Below the pieces are notes generated by a model that had not been told where the DNA came from, searched no databases, and saw nothing but the letters and a program-made list of their open reading frames with translations. A DNA stretch of 64,000 nt, from NCBI RefSeq assembly GCF_006345805.1, contig NC_043000.1, forward strand, positions 114,452,001-114,516,000, read 5' to 3'. The position numbers and the translations under genes are program-made. Position 1 is the first letter of the stretch, and every line of letters begins with the position of its first letter. Positions 38,831 through 50,633 of this stretch are shown in pieces. The DNA comes from Octopus sinensis. Taxonomy: Eukaryota.

Positions 38831-38876
38831 CTTATAGTTTGAATATCGCACACGCGCGCGCACACACACACACACG

Positions 38877-38924
<48 letters not shown>

Positions 38925-38941
38925 TAGGCATTGGTGTGTGG

Positions 38942-39358
38942 TAAGGCGGCGAGCTGGCAGAAACTTTAGCACGCCGGGCGAAATGCGTAGCCGTAATTCG
39001 TCTGCCGTTACGTTCCGAGTTCAAATTCCGCCGAGGTCGACTTTGCCTTTCATCCTTTCGGGGTCGATTAAATAAGTACCAGTTACGCACTGGGGTCGAT
39101 ATAATCGACTTAATCCGTTTGTCTATCTTTGTTTGTCCTCTCTGTGTTTAGCCCCTTGTGGGTAGTATAGAAATGGGTATTTTGTCAGCCGCTACGTTCT
39201 GAGTTGAAATTCCACCGTGGTCAACTTTGCCTTTCCTCCTTTCGGGGTCGATAGATTAAGTACCAGTTACACACTGGGGTCGATGTAATCGACTTAATCC
39301 GTTTGTCTATTCTTATTTGTTCCCTCTATGTTTAGCCCCTTGTGGGCAATAAAGAAAT
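38942..39358 (+). mobile_element. SINE family A dimer
   Basis: Head plus two core and tail units. Confidence 0.9.
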
Positions 39359-39360
39359 AC

Positions 39361-39503
39361 AAAGCTTGCTTCCCAACCACATGGTTCCGGGCTCAGTCCC
39401 ACTGCGTGGCACCTTGGGCAAATGTCTTCTACTATAGTCTCGAGTCGACCAAAGCCTTGTGAGTGGATTTGGCAGACGGAAACTGGAAGAAGCCCGTCAT
39501 ATA

Positions 39504-39575
<72 letters not shown>

Positions 39576-39790
39576 ATTTGTCTGTTTATGTGTCTTTGTG
39601 TCTGTGTTTGTTCCCCACAACTGCTTCACAATCGGTGGTGGTGTGTTTACGTCCCCGTTACTTAGCGGTTTAGCACTAGAGAACGATAGGATAAATACCA
39701 GGCTTGAAAACAGAAAAAGCAGTGTTGGGGCCGATTCATTCAACTAAAAGTTCTGCAAAGGTGTTCTCTCTAGCATGGCCACAGTCTAAT
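39361..39790 (+). mobile_element. SINE family C
   Basis: Slightly 5'-truncated, with internal microsatellite. Confidence 0.85.
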
Positions 39791-39841
39791 AACTGAAAAA
39801 AGCAAAAGATAAAAATTAATATATATATATATATATATATA

Positions 39842-39894
<53 letters not shown>

Positions 39895-39903
39895 TTATCT
39901 TTT

Positions 39904-41767
39904 GTGGTCCTTATGGACACGGAATTTTATAAACACCTAGTGTTCTCCATGCGTAACAATAACATTTTCTATGAGGTTATTAACAACTACAAACAGCAAA
40001 AAACAATCAGAAACCTCACCACACTCATACGCCAACACGGTCAGGGACTCACAGAAAAAGAAAGGGATTATATCACCATTTTCAAATGCAAGCCCAGCCT
40101 TTTTTATGGCCTTCCTAAAATCCATAAAAACAAATACATCACCGAAGCCTGCAAACTCTCCACTGACATCCCATCAACATCAAAGCACCGGAGGACCTAA
40201 AACTAAGGCCCATCGTGGCTGGTACCTCCTGTGAAACACACCGCCTGAGTAACTTCCTAGACATCCTTTTGAAACCCTTCCTTACCCACATCAAAAGTTT
40301 CATTAGGGATGATCTGGACATGCTCAAACACCTCCCGAAAACAGTTAACGAGGAGGCACTCCTGGTATCCTTTGATGTCATCAACCTCTACACCAACATT
40401 CCACATGAGTATGGTATAGAGGCAATTGACTTCTGGCTAGAAAAACACCCAGAGACATTCCCTGACCGCATTAACAAGTCTTTTATTACAGAATCTCTTA
40501 AGTTCATTCTGACAAACAATTTTTTTCTCTTCGACGACACACACTACCGTCAAAAATGTGGCATTGCGATGGGTACCAAGGCTGCACCAGTCCTTGCGAA
40601 CCTCATAATGGGTTACTTCGAACTGTCACTCTATGAAATATCAAGCCAGAAATTTGGACATGTTTTCCACACCTACCTAATGGAAAACTGGAAAAGGTAT
40701 TTAGATGATTGTTTCATCATATGGAAAGAACCTTATGAAAAACTCCTGGAATTCAAAACCATACTAAACAACATACATCCCAACATCCAATTCACTATGG
40801 AATTAAGCAAACATCATCTCCCATTCCTTGATCTCCTAATTATAAAAACACCTAAGAACCAAATCATAACAGACATCTACCACAAACCTACAGACTCACA
40901 ACAATACCTCCTCTTTAGTTCATGCCACCCAAAACACACCAAGACAAATATCCCTTTCAATTTAGCTAAAAGGGTATGCACCATTGTCTCGGATCCAAAA
41001 ACACGAGAAATACGCCTTCAAGACCTCAAAAAAACACTATTACAACGTCAATATCCCTCCACCCTTATAGAGTATGGAATAAACGCGCCAAAGAACTAGA
41101 CAGCACTACACTGAAAACCCCCAACCTAACACCACACACAACCTCAAAATACTTCCATACATTCCACCCACAACCCCAAAAATATCGAAGCATACACCAC
41201 AATCATACAAAACCTCAGTCTACTGTCAACAGACCCAAAAATGAAAAACATTATAAATACACACACAAAATCCTCAAATGCAAAAGGCAACACAAATCTT
41301 TAAAAAAACTCTTGACAAATGCCAAACTTCACACACCACATCCACCCCCAACAGTAAAAAAATGTGCACGCTCAAACAGTGGTACCTGCCCCTTTCTACT
41401 TGAAGGCTCTGAATTTACCTTCAAACAAGGTACGAAGTTTAAAATCAAGACTAACTTCTCCTGTTCCTCCGAGAACCTTATCTACGTTCTCACATGCGCT
41501 GGTTGCCAACATAATTATGTTGGACAAACGAGTCTCCCGTTACGTAAACGAGTAACGGTGCATAAAGAACAAATAAATCTCCCGGAATACCGACAAATTC
41601 CACTGAGTGACCACTTCGACTCATGTGCTAAAGACTTAAACCCCCAATTCTATATATTCCCCTTCTACCAATGTAAAGACGGGATCACCACACAGGAGAG
41701 AATTAACAAGGAGAATCTCTTTATTGAAAAATTCCAAACACAACTTAATATGCAAACTCCTCGTTGA
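39904..41767 (+). pseudogene. Penelope RT plus GIY-YIG endonuclease, two frameshifts (~40200 and ~41090)
   Basis: ORF pieces 39904-40200, 40215-41099 and 40976-41767 join into one polyprotein. Confidence 0.88.
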
Positions 41768-42400
41768 TCAAACTTCCTTTCTCTACCTCACTTTTCATGG
41801 ATGGACTAACACAAATATATAAAGATACCATGCATTCATCACTTCAAGCTAAAACTTATATTCTTTAAATATCATTTTTACTATTGTTGTTATTACTATC
41901 ATTTTTATTATTAAATGATATGACAATTTGAAATGCAATTGTCTATGCAGATTTATATTATTAGAAAATAATGTAAATAAAGTGTTAAAATCTGAAAGTT
42001 AAGTTAACAAGCAATTATATAAAAAAGATAATGCAAATGAAGCTAAAATGATAGTTTTATAATTTGGGTTTTATTGAAGAACTCAAAAGAGTTGTCTCCC
42101 CTTACTCACAACACAGGAACTGAAGAACCAGGACCACAATTACTACTACTTCCTGTCCTGCAAACATGCTGAATTTAACAACACAACACAACACATGCTC
42201 TTAATCCTTTGGATCTTAACACCTCAAGGTAATTTTTTCGTAAACAACCATAAAACGCAAGATACACAACGAACTCACAATGTATCGGAGAACTTATTTT
42301 TTAATTTTTGTACATTTTTATCATTATTCTTTTACAAAAAACAATGCAATTTTCTTTTTTTCCCCTTTCTAATTTTTAAAAAAACTTCTTAAAACATAAA

Positions 42401-42441
42401 TATTCTTGACAAGTCATACAATGACGAAAACCGGTTGAATA
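42401..42441 (+). ncRNA. Candidate minimal type I hammerhead ribozyme with a U3-A8 core in the Penelope 3' region
   Basis: tattc-TTGACAA-gtca tacaa tgac-GAAAA-ccgg-TT-gaata. Confidence 0.65.
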
Positions 42442-42544
42442 AATATACATTTATATATTTTATCATTTTCTCATTTTATTAAAATTTTCTTTCATTTGAG
42501 CATTCTGCATTTTTAAAAAAATTTTTCCTTACCTATATATATAT

Positions 42545-42950
42545 ATATATATATATACATACATACATGCATACATACATACATACATACATTCATACAT
42601 ACATGCATACATACATACATACATACATTCATACATTCATACATACATACATACATACATTCATACATACATACATACATACATTCATACATACATACAT
42701 ACATACATACATACATTCATACATACATACATGCATACATACATTCATACATACATACATGCATACATACATACATACATACATACATACATTCATACAT
42801 TCATACATACATACATACATGCATACATACATACATACATACATACATACATACATACATACATACATTCATACATTCATACATACATACATACATACAT
42901 TCATACATACATACATACATACATTCATACATACATACATACATACATAC
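42545..42950. repeat. (TACA/TTCA)n tetranucleotide array
   Basis: Directly visible. Confidence 0.95.
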
Positions 42951-43112
42951 AGATATGTGTGTGTGTGTGTGTGTGTGTATTCTTTTATTCTTTTACTTGT
43001 TTCAGTTTGGTCACTTTAGCCGCACCGCTAAGTTACGGGGACGTAAACACACCAACGTCGGTTATCAAGCGATGGTGAGGAGACGCACAAATACAAACAC
43101 ACACATACACGC

Positions 43113-43145
<33 letters not shown>

Positions 43146-43148
43146 CAT

Positions 43149-43202
<54 letters not shown>

Positions 43203-43257
43203 TTTGAGTGTATATGTGTGTGTGTGTATGTATGTATATATATATATATATGTTTGT

Positions 43258-43288
<31 letters not shown>

Positions 43289-43729
43289 TGCGTCTGTATA
43301 CACACACCTACGTACATACATATACATTCGTGCACACCCTCGCACACACACACACACACATACACACACATTGCTCGTAACTCCTTGTGACTGACATTGA
43401 AGAAAGAGAGATGAGTCATAAAGATGTTTTCTGTCTGACAGACGTGATGGTGGAGTCTGAGAGCAGCGGTGTTGGTCGTGGAGGGAGGGAGTGAGTGGAA
43501 TATAGAGGGGAGGGTGGGGGTTGTTGATGCTGCTGTTGTTTAGCCCAGGGCGGCTCTGATTAAGCCGTGACCCAACCATCCCACTTTTTACTTTATGTGT
43601 TATAGAACCAAGAAGCGTATTATCCAGCGTGTAGGGGAGTTGGCTGTTATTTCTAGATGGACACGCGGCCACGGAGAGGCGTCCTTCTTGGTCAAATAGG
43701 GACGGGGTGGGATATGATGTGAATTGGGT

Positions 43730-43822
43730 TAGTAGTGAGGGCAGACGATGACGACGACGACGATGACGATGATGATGGGAAGGAGGAGGAAGAGGTAGCA
43801 GTAGTGAGGGTGAGAATGATGG

Positions 43823-43862
<40 letters not shown>

Positions 43863-44230
43863 GATAGCGATGATAATGATGACGATGATTATGATGACGA
43901 TGATTATGATGATGATGATGATGGAAGGAGGAGGAGGAGGGGGAAAAGGTAGCAGTAGTGAAGATTAGAATGATGGTGATGATGATGATGATGATGATGA
44001 TGAAGATAGCGATGATAATGATGACGATGATTATGATGATGACGACGATGATGATGCTGTTGAAAATAGCGATGATGATGCTGGCAGTAGTGATGATGCT
44101 GGACAATATAACGGAGGTGAAAAAAAAGGCAACGACAATGTTGATGACGATGATGATGATGATGATGATGATGATGATAATGATTACAACGACGACGATA
44201 ATGTTGATGATGATGAGGAGGAAGAGAAGG
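43730..44230. repeat. GAT/GAC/GAG trinucleotide array with internal duplication
   Basis: Directly visible; the agtagtgag(g/a)...agaatgatggtgatg unit is duplicated. Confidence 0.9.
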
Positions 44231-44455
44231 AAGTGGCGGTGGTGGGAGTAGTGGCGATGCCGTGTGCCTCTCCTGCTGTGCGTCTCCACCCCAACAGCGT
44301 CTGATAAGCCCATAAATCCTACACCCATCCCACCCCGCCACCACCAATATCAGAGAAAAAAAACCTTGAATGAAGAACTAAATCATCGTTTCTTTACATC
44401 AACCGTAGCAACACACAGCATGTTCCTCGTGACCCTATCATAACCGAATAAGGTG

Positions 44456-44491
44456 TGCGCATGCGCATGCAGGGTGGATGGGTATTTAAAA
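44456..44491. promoter_or_regulatory. Candidate promoter: NRF1-type palindrome plus TATA-like box
   Basis: TGCGCATGCGCA at 44456-44467 and tatttaaaa at 44483-44491 in non-repetitive sequence. Confidence 0.3.
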
Positions 44492-44916
44492 GGGTGCGTT
44501 TAAGGTGAGCAGCGAAAGAAATTTGAAACCGAAATTTCCTTTCGCTACACAAGATTTTAGCTTAGTAATACATAAATAATACTAGACATGAGGATAACCC
44601 CCCCACACACACACACACGCTCTTACGCACACGCGCATACACATACAAGCTCATTCACACGCACATGTGAAGTAAAAATGAAATTAATGTTATGCATAAA
44701 CACACCGTCGCCCGTTTACTGACTGAAAGACTGACTTTAAGTTGCAAGTGACTTCGAAGTTTCACCTTTAAATAATTTCACTTTAAATAATTTAGTTGCA
44801 AGTGACTTCGAAGTTTCACCAGTGTAAGTAAACCATCTGGCGAAATTTCGAACACACTGCTAATAAAATTATTTAATACATTCATAGACATGTATAGACA
44901 TATATACATATATATA

Positions 44917-46061
44917 CAGTTGCGGCCAAAATATTCAGAACGGCATTGTTTTCGTCAGAAAAGTAGGTATAAGTTTTTATCAAAGTTGTTTTATATTCTA
45001 TAATTTTCACAGACAATAAATACGATATTATTTGTTATTGTCTGAGATTTTGGTGTAATTTGAGAGGATAATAAAAACGTTATGGATGATTTAGTGATTT
45101 ACTGCAAAACCCATGGTGGCCAAAATGATCAGAACGGTTGCTTTTACTCCATGTTTTAGTATATTTAACCGTCGAACTCTAATGTTTTGAATTTGTTTAC
45201 GTGACAGTTCGTTTACTAAACATTAGTAAGAATATCTGCAATGTACTTTGTTAATATAATGCCACTTACTCTGTTACCAATTCGTCAGCAGATTATTAAG
45301 CTTCGAAAGAAAGATAATTTAAGTATTAGGTATATTGCAAAGATTGTTAACAAGTCAAAAAGTGTTGTTCACGGTATTCTTAAGGTCTACGATGATTGTG
45401 GTTCGTGTGAAGCAAGAAAGTCTACAGTTAGGCCAAGAAAAACGACCAAGAGAGAAGATCGTGCTATAGTAAAGTTGGTTAAAAAGGACAGATTTAAAAC
45501 TGCTGCTGCTGTTTTTCGGGAAATGAGCATTGTACTGAAGAAAACTTTATCTCGAAAAACTGTGTCTCGTCCTTTAGTTGAACATGACCTACAAGCAAGA
45601 TCACCTGCAGTGAAGCCACTGATCAGCTCCAAGAATAAAAAGTGTCGTCTTACCTTTGCAACCGAACATGTGTTGTGGTCTCAAGAAAAATGGCAAGCGG
45701 TGCATTTCAGTGATGAATCTAAGTCTATGTTATTTGGCTCAGATGGGAAAAGGTACGTTCGTCGAAAAGCAGGTGAAAAATTGTCACCTAAATGCCTTAA
45801 GACTAGTGTTAAATTCGGTAGAGGAAGTGTCATGGTTTGGGGGATGATATCTGGAGATGTTGTAGGCCCTTTGCTGCGATTACATGGAAAGGTAAATGCA
45901 GGAGTTTATAAACAACTTGTAAAAGATCATGTCTTGCCTGTGCTGAGAAATTCAACTAAGCGACCACCCATATTCATGCAGGACAATGCCCCATGTTACA
46001 AGGCTAAGGTGGTCATGAACTTCCTCAAGGCTGAAAAGGTTATTGTTATGGATTGGCCTTC
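44917..46061 (+). mobile_element. Tc1-family DNA transposon, 3'-truncated
   Basis: TA|cagttgcggccaaaa left end; internal direct repeat ggccaaaat..tcagaacgg at 44924 and 45118; transposase with HTH region, FSDES, SVMVWG and MQDNAP, broken at MDWP. Confidence 0.92.
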
Positions 46062-46184
46062 TTCAGTCAAGAACCGGATTAGCCTCGCAATTTCGGCTGA
46101 TACATACATACATACATACATACATACATACATACATACACACACACACACGCACACACAGACACACAGACACACGCACACTCA

Positions 46185-46232
<48 letters not shown>

Positions 46233-46473
46233 CATAAATACACACACACACGCACACACACACACACATATATGTATATATATATGTATATATATATACA
46301 TATATATGTACATATATATACACATATCCATATGTAAATATATGTATATATATATGTGTGTGTGTATACAATATACATATATATATTATACACACACACA
46401 CACGCACACACACACATATATATATACATATATATATATATGTACATATGGATACGTGTATATATATGTACAA

Positions 46474-46506
<33 letters not shown>

Positions 46507-46514
46507 TTATGAAT

Positions 46515-46555
<41 letters not shown>

Positions 46556-46617
46556 TTTACATATACATATATTGATATAGATAAAGGATAGAAAATGGAA
46601 ACCACATTCTTTATTTC

Positions 46618-46727
46618 CAATCACTACAATTGTTTCGACACGTTCTTATATCTGTAGTACATTGTTGAGGTGCTGTGTAATCATCATCATACATCAAAGG
46701 TATAAAATGTGCCTCTTCAGTTGATTG
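46618..46727 (-). ncRNA. Type I hammerhead ribozyme with a long stem II insertion
   Basis: caatcaa-CTGAAGA-ggcac..~67 nt..gtgtc-GAAA-caattg-TA-gtgattg; palindromic acaattgt stem III. Confidence 0.7.
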
Positions 46728-46989
46728 TTTAAATAAATCCTTCCTTAGATCATCTCGTCATTTCACTCGGATGCATTTCCACGGTATGAGGACATCAGGT
46801 AGCCGATAACTATGAAAGGGCTTTAGATAGCGTTCCACAAGGTTTTTACCCGAATCTCATTTAGTTATATTGATATATTTGTGTGTGTCCCCGCGTACGT
46901 GTGTGAGTGCGTGTGTACTTAAGTGTGTGTGTTTGTGTGTGCATGTGTGTGTGTGTGTGCAAGCTTGCGTGTGTGCTTGTATTTGCGTG

Positions 46990-47584
46990 TGTGTGATAAT
47001 TGAGCAAAATCAAGGAAACACAAGTGGGACAAATTTTCTAAAAGTGTTATTAGTTTCACGCTTGGAAGGAAAAAGAAAAGGATCTTTGAAGCTTGGGACA
47101 TTAGAGTCCTTCGTCAGAAAAAAAGAAAGGAAAAGCGTGTTAGAAGGGTGGGAAGAAGAAAGAAAGAGAAGTCTATAGGTCGGGTAGGAATTCGATTCCA
47201 TACAAAAGAGTTAAAAAGGACGAGGCAAGGTTTTGTGTGCTTATATTAGAGGGAGTATCTGTATAAAGAGATGGGTGTAAGGGAAGGTGGACATAAGGGG
47301 GTGGGGTGGAGTGTAGGTGGTTAACTGAAGGTGAGTGGAGCTGAGAGGGATATGAGTGTGGTAGAGATGAGAGGGAGACATGGAAGGGGAAAAATGAAGG
47401 AAACAGCGGAGAAAATGTTGTAGGAGGCGAGAAAAAATTTAAGTGGTGCCAGTTCAGAAAAAAAGTTACAAAGTTAGGTATCATATCCGAAAAAGATAAA
47501 GCAAAACTGTTGAGCGCGAAAGAGTTTGTAAATAAAGAGGCGGAGAGAATGGAAACAAAATGGTTCAAAAAGAAATATATATAT

Positions 47585-47626
<42 letters not shown>

Positions 47627-47669
47627 ATATATATTATATATATATATATTTCTTTTTGAACCATTTTGT

Positions 47670-47717
<48 letters not shown>

Positions 47718-48220
47718 CATATATATATACATATATATACATATATAAAGCATGTAGAATAATTATTGCAGAAAGATATGATTATAAGTGTTTTAAAAGA
47801 AACGTAAATAAAAGATTGTATAAAAATTGTAGAAGTACAAAGTCAATAAAAGAGATAAAGAAAAAGCAAAGGGCGAGGTATAATATCGGAAAAACAGGTT
47901 AGTTTGAAAGAGAATGTTAAATAAGAAGGATTATGACAAATGGTAGACAGGTTTGGAACAGAATGGTGAAAAAATATATACAGCACGTGGAATTTATGGC
48001 AGAGAAATTTGAAAGGCTTACGTATTTGTTTTGTAAGATTCTTGATGTGAAATCGTGTGTTGAAACAGGCATTGTTATATTTCGGGACGGTCATTTTTTA
48101 TTGTCAAATAAACACACGCACTATATATTCCTTCTTCATTTCCACTTTATCATCGTTCTTAATTTAATGTCCTTTGTCTGAAATCTTTTGTCACACGTCT
48201 TGTGACCTCTTCAGCCACTC
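46990..48220 (-). mobile_element. Decayed 5' part of a Penelope-like element with an upstream hammerhead remnant
   Basis: N-terminal-like peptides (…NISTQNL…LLYGIEFLP, FF..KDS…DPF); start region matches 34990; CTGAAGA-g gtcaca agacg tgtgac-AAAA at 48214-48186. Confidence 0.5.
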
Positions 48221-48487
48221 TCCATCCCGCGTGTCTCCTGTTCTGTTTAGTCCTGTCTGTCTTTCTGTAGATGAGTGCCGAAAGATTTTAGACAAAGGGC
48301 ATTAAAATAAGATGAATAATAAACTGAATGTTACTTGTCCTGTTTTCCCTTTGTTTCTCTCGTTGTTTGTGTACTCAACTTATTGGTTTTCGTATTTCAT
48401 GTTGTTTATGGCTGGTGACGTCCTGTGCCCATATAATCATATATATATATACATATATATATGTATGTACATATATGTATATATGCA

Positions 48488-48541
<54 letters not shown>

Positions 48542-48565
48542 GCTATCTATATATCTGTCTGTCTG

Positions 48566-48617
<52 letters not shown>

Positions 48618-48621
48618 ATAT

Positions 48622-48673
<52 letters not shown>

Positions 48674-48689
48674 ATATATATATGCGGGC

Positions 48690-48905
48690 GCGTGTATGTA
48701 TTTGTCCAGCACCACCGCTTGGCAACCGGTATTAAGATGTTTACGTCCCCGTAACTTAGCTGTTCGGTAAAAGACCGATAGAATAAGTTCGAGGCTTGAA
48801 AAAGAAAATAAGAACTGGGGCCGATTTGTTTGACTAAACATTCTTTAAGGCGGTGCCCCAGCATGGCCGTAGTCCAATGAGTGAAACACCTAAAAGCTAA
48901 AAGCT
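48690..48905 (+). mobile_element. SINE family C 3' half
   Basis: Tail ggcggtgccccagcatggccgtag...gaaaca followed by (ctaaaag)n. Confidence 0.85.
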
Positions 48906-49364
48906 AAAAGCAAAAATACTATAATAAAGACGGTGTGGTCACAACCGGATTGCCTTTGACCGTAGATGTTCTTAATCAAGATTAGCCTGTGGCTAAACAT
49001 CAACAACCACAACTGTAAGAATAACATCCTTTGACAGGGATTTCGAAGTTGTCCTCCAACTTGGACTTGACATCGATAAATGGGGTTTTGAGGCATACTC
49101 TAAATCACATTTGACGAAGGACACATTGAATTTGAGGGATTTTTTGGTTTCAGGGTTTTTAAGTTATTATTGTTCTTGTTTAACCCATCTATCAGGTTAA
49201 ACCTGATCAAATACGTCTCCACCGTGACCACCTGGCTTTTTTGTATTTATAGGTCTATATCTATCGTGTTCTTTCATTTCAGTTGAGGAAAATCTGACTG
49301 TGATTTCTGGCAGATCAAGGGTACAGGTAGAGGTTCTCTTATTGAGCCATTATTATTATTGAAA

Positions 49365-49556
49365 TGCTTAGCAGTATTTCGTCTGCCGTTGCGTTCTGAG
49401 TTCAAATTTCGCCGAGGTCGACTTTGCTTTCATCCTTTCGGGGTCGATAAATTAAGTACCAGTTACGCACTGGGGTCGATGTAATCGACTTAATCCGTTT
49501 GTCTGTCCTTGTTTGTCCCCTCTGTGTTTAGCCCCCTGTGGGCAATAAAGAAATAA
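49365..49556 (+). mobile_element. SINE family A, 5'-truncated, in an ATT array
   Basis: B-box, core and long tail. Confidence 0.9.
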
Positions 49557-49571
49557 ATTATTATTATTATT

Positions 49572-50047
49572 GAGTGAGCGAGCAGAGCATGCCATCAAAG
49601 TGACACTGGGGTAAAATATACGAAGCCCAGTATACCCATCATGACTACCCGTCTGATAAGGGTACACCAGGCACATGCATCACAACCATATGTGCGCGAC
49701 ATGGTGATCTCATATCAAGATAAACAGCACATGACCTTGCAGGTGGAGCCCAGTTAGAATTTTCTTCAGATCGAGTAACCCATCCCGCTCAAAAGGTCCC
49801 TGAATAAGGGTTGTTTAAGGACGTTGAACGAAACACCCATGTTTCCAGAGGTGTATTATTCAAACCCCAAAGAATCCTTCTCAACACATGGCTATGATGC
49901 TCCCCCACTACTTCTGCTCGTGATCAGAGATGCACATATCGTCAGCCACTAAGGGATATGCTCAACTGGTTAAGGTCAAACAACTGACAAGCAAATCTGT
50001 GGTATTGAGCAGAATATTTGCTGTAGCCCATCTTTTATACCAAGACA

Positions 50048-50048
<1 letters not shown>
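49572..50048 (-). mobile_element. Element X, copy 3
   Basis: Near-identical to copy 1; (ATT)n on both sides. Confidence 0.85.
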
Positions 50049-50080
<32 letters not shown>

Positions 50081-50326
50081 TTATTATTATTATTATTATT
50101 ATCATCATCATCATCATCATTACTGTTGTTGTTGCTGCTGTTGTTGCTGTTGTTGCTGTTGTTGTGGTTGATGTTGTTGTTGTTGTTGTTCTTCTTCTTC
50201 TTCTCCTCCTCCTCCTCCTCCTCCTCCTCCTTCATGCGTCTGGTGTTGTTATTTTTCCTGTTGTTCTTTATCTAGATGGCAATGTTATTACGATGGCATC
50301 AGTTAATCACTATTGCTCACAATCCT

Positions 50327-50379
<53 letters not shown>

Positions 50380-50549
50380 TGTTGTTGTTGTTGTTGTCGG
50401 TGTTGTAGTTGTTTTTCCTGCATTTAACTCACCACATGTAACAGATTGTTCCCCCTGATGTGAAAGATAAGAACATATTGTAAAGCAATTATCATCTCTT
50501 CATATACGACTTATCGTCTACCTCCCTGCATTTGTGATAAACGTACGTA

Positions 50550-50632
<83 letters not shown>

Positions 50633-50633
<1 letters not shown>

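Larger units (their letters stand above)
39900..42530 (+). mobile_element. Penelope-like element (Neptune-type), 5'-truncated, with 3' pLTR region
   Basis: FYGLPKIHK, GIAMGT and RYLDD RT motifs; Cys linker KKCARSNSGTC; GIY-YIG NLIYVLTCAGC..YVGQT; inserted after (TA)n. Confidence 0.92.
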
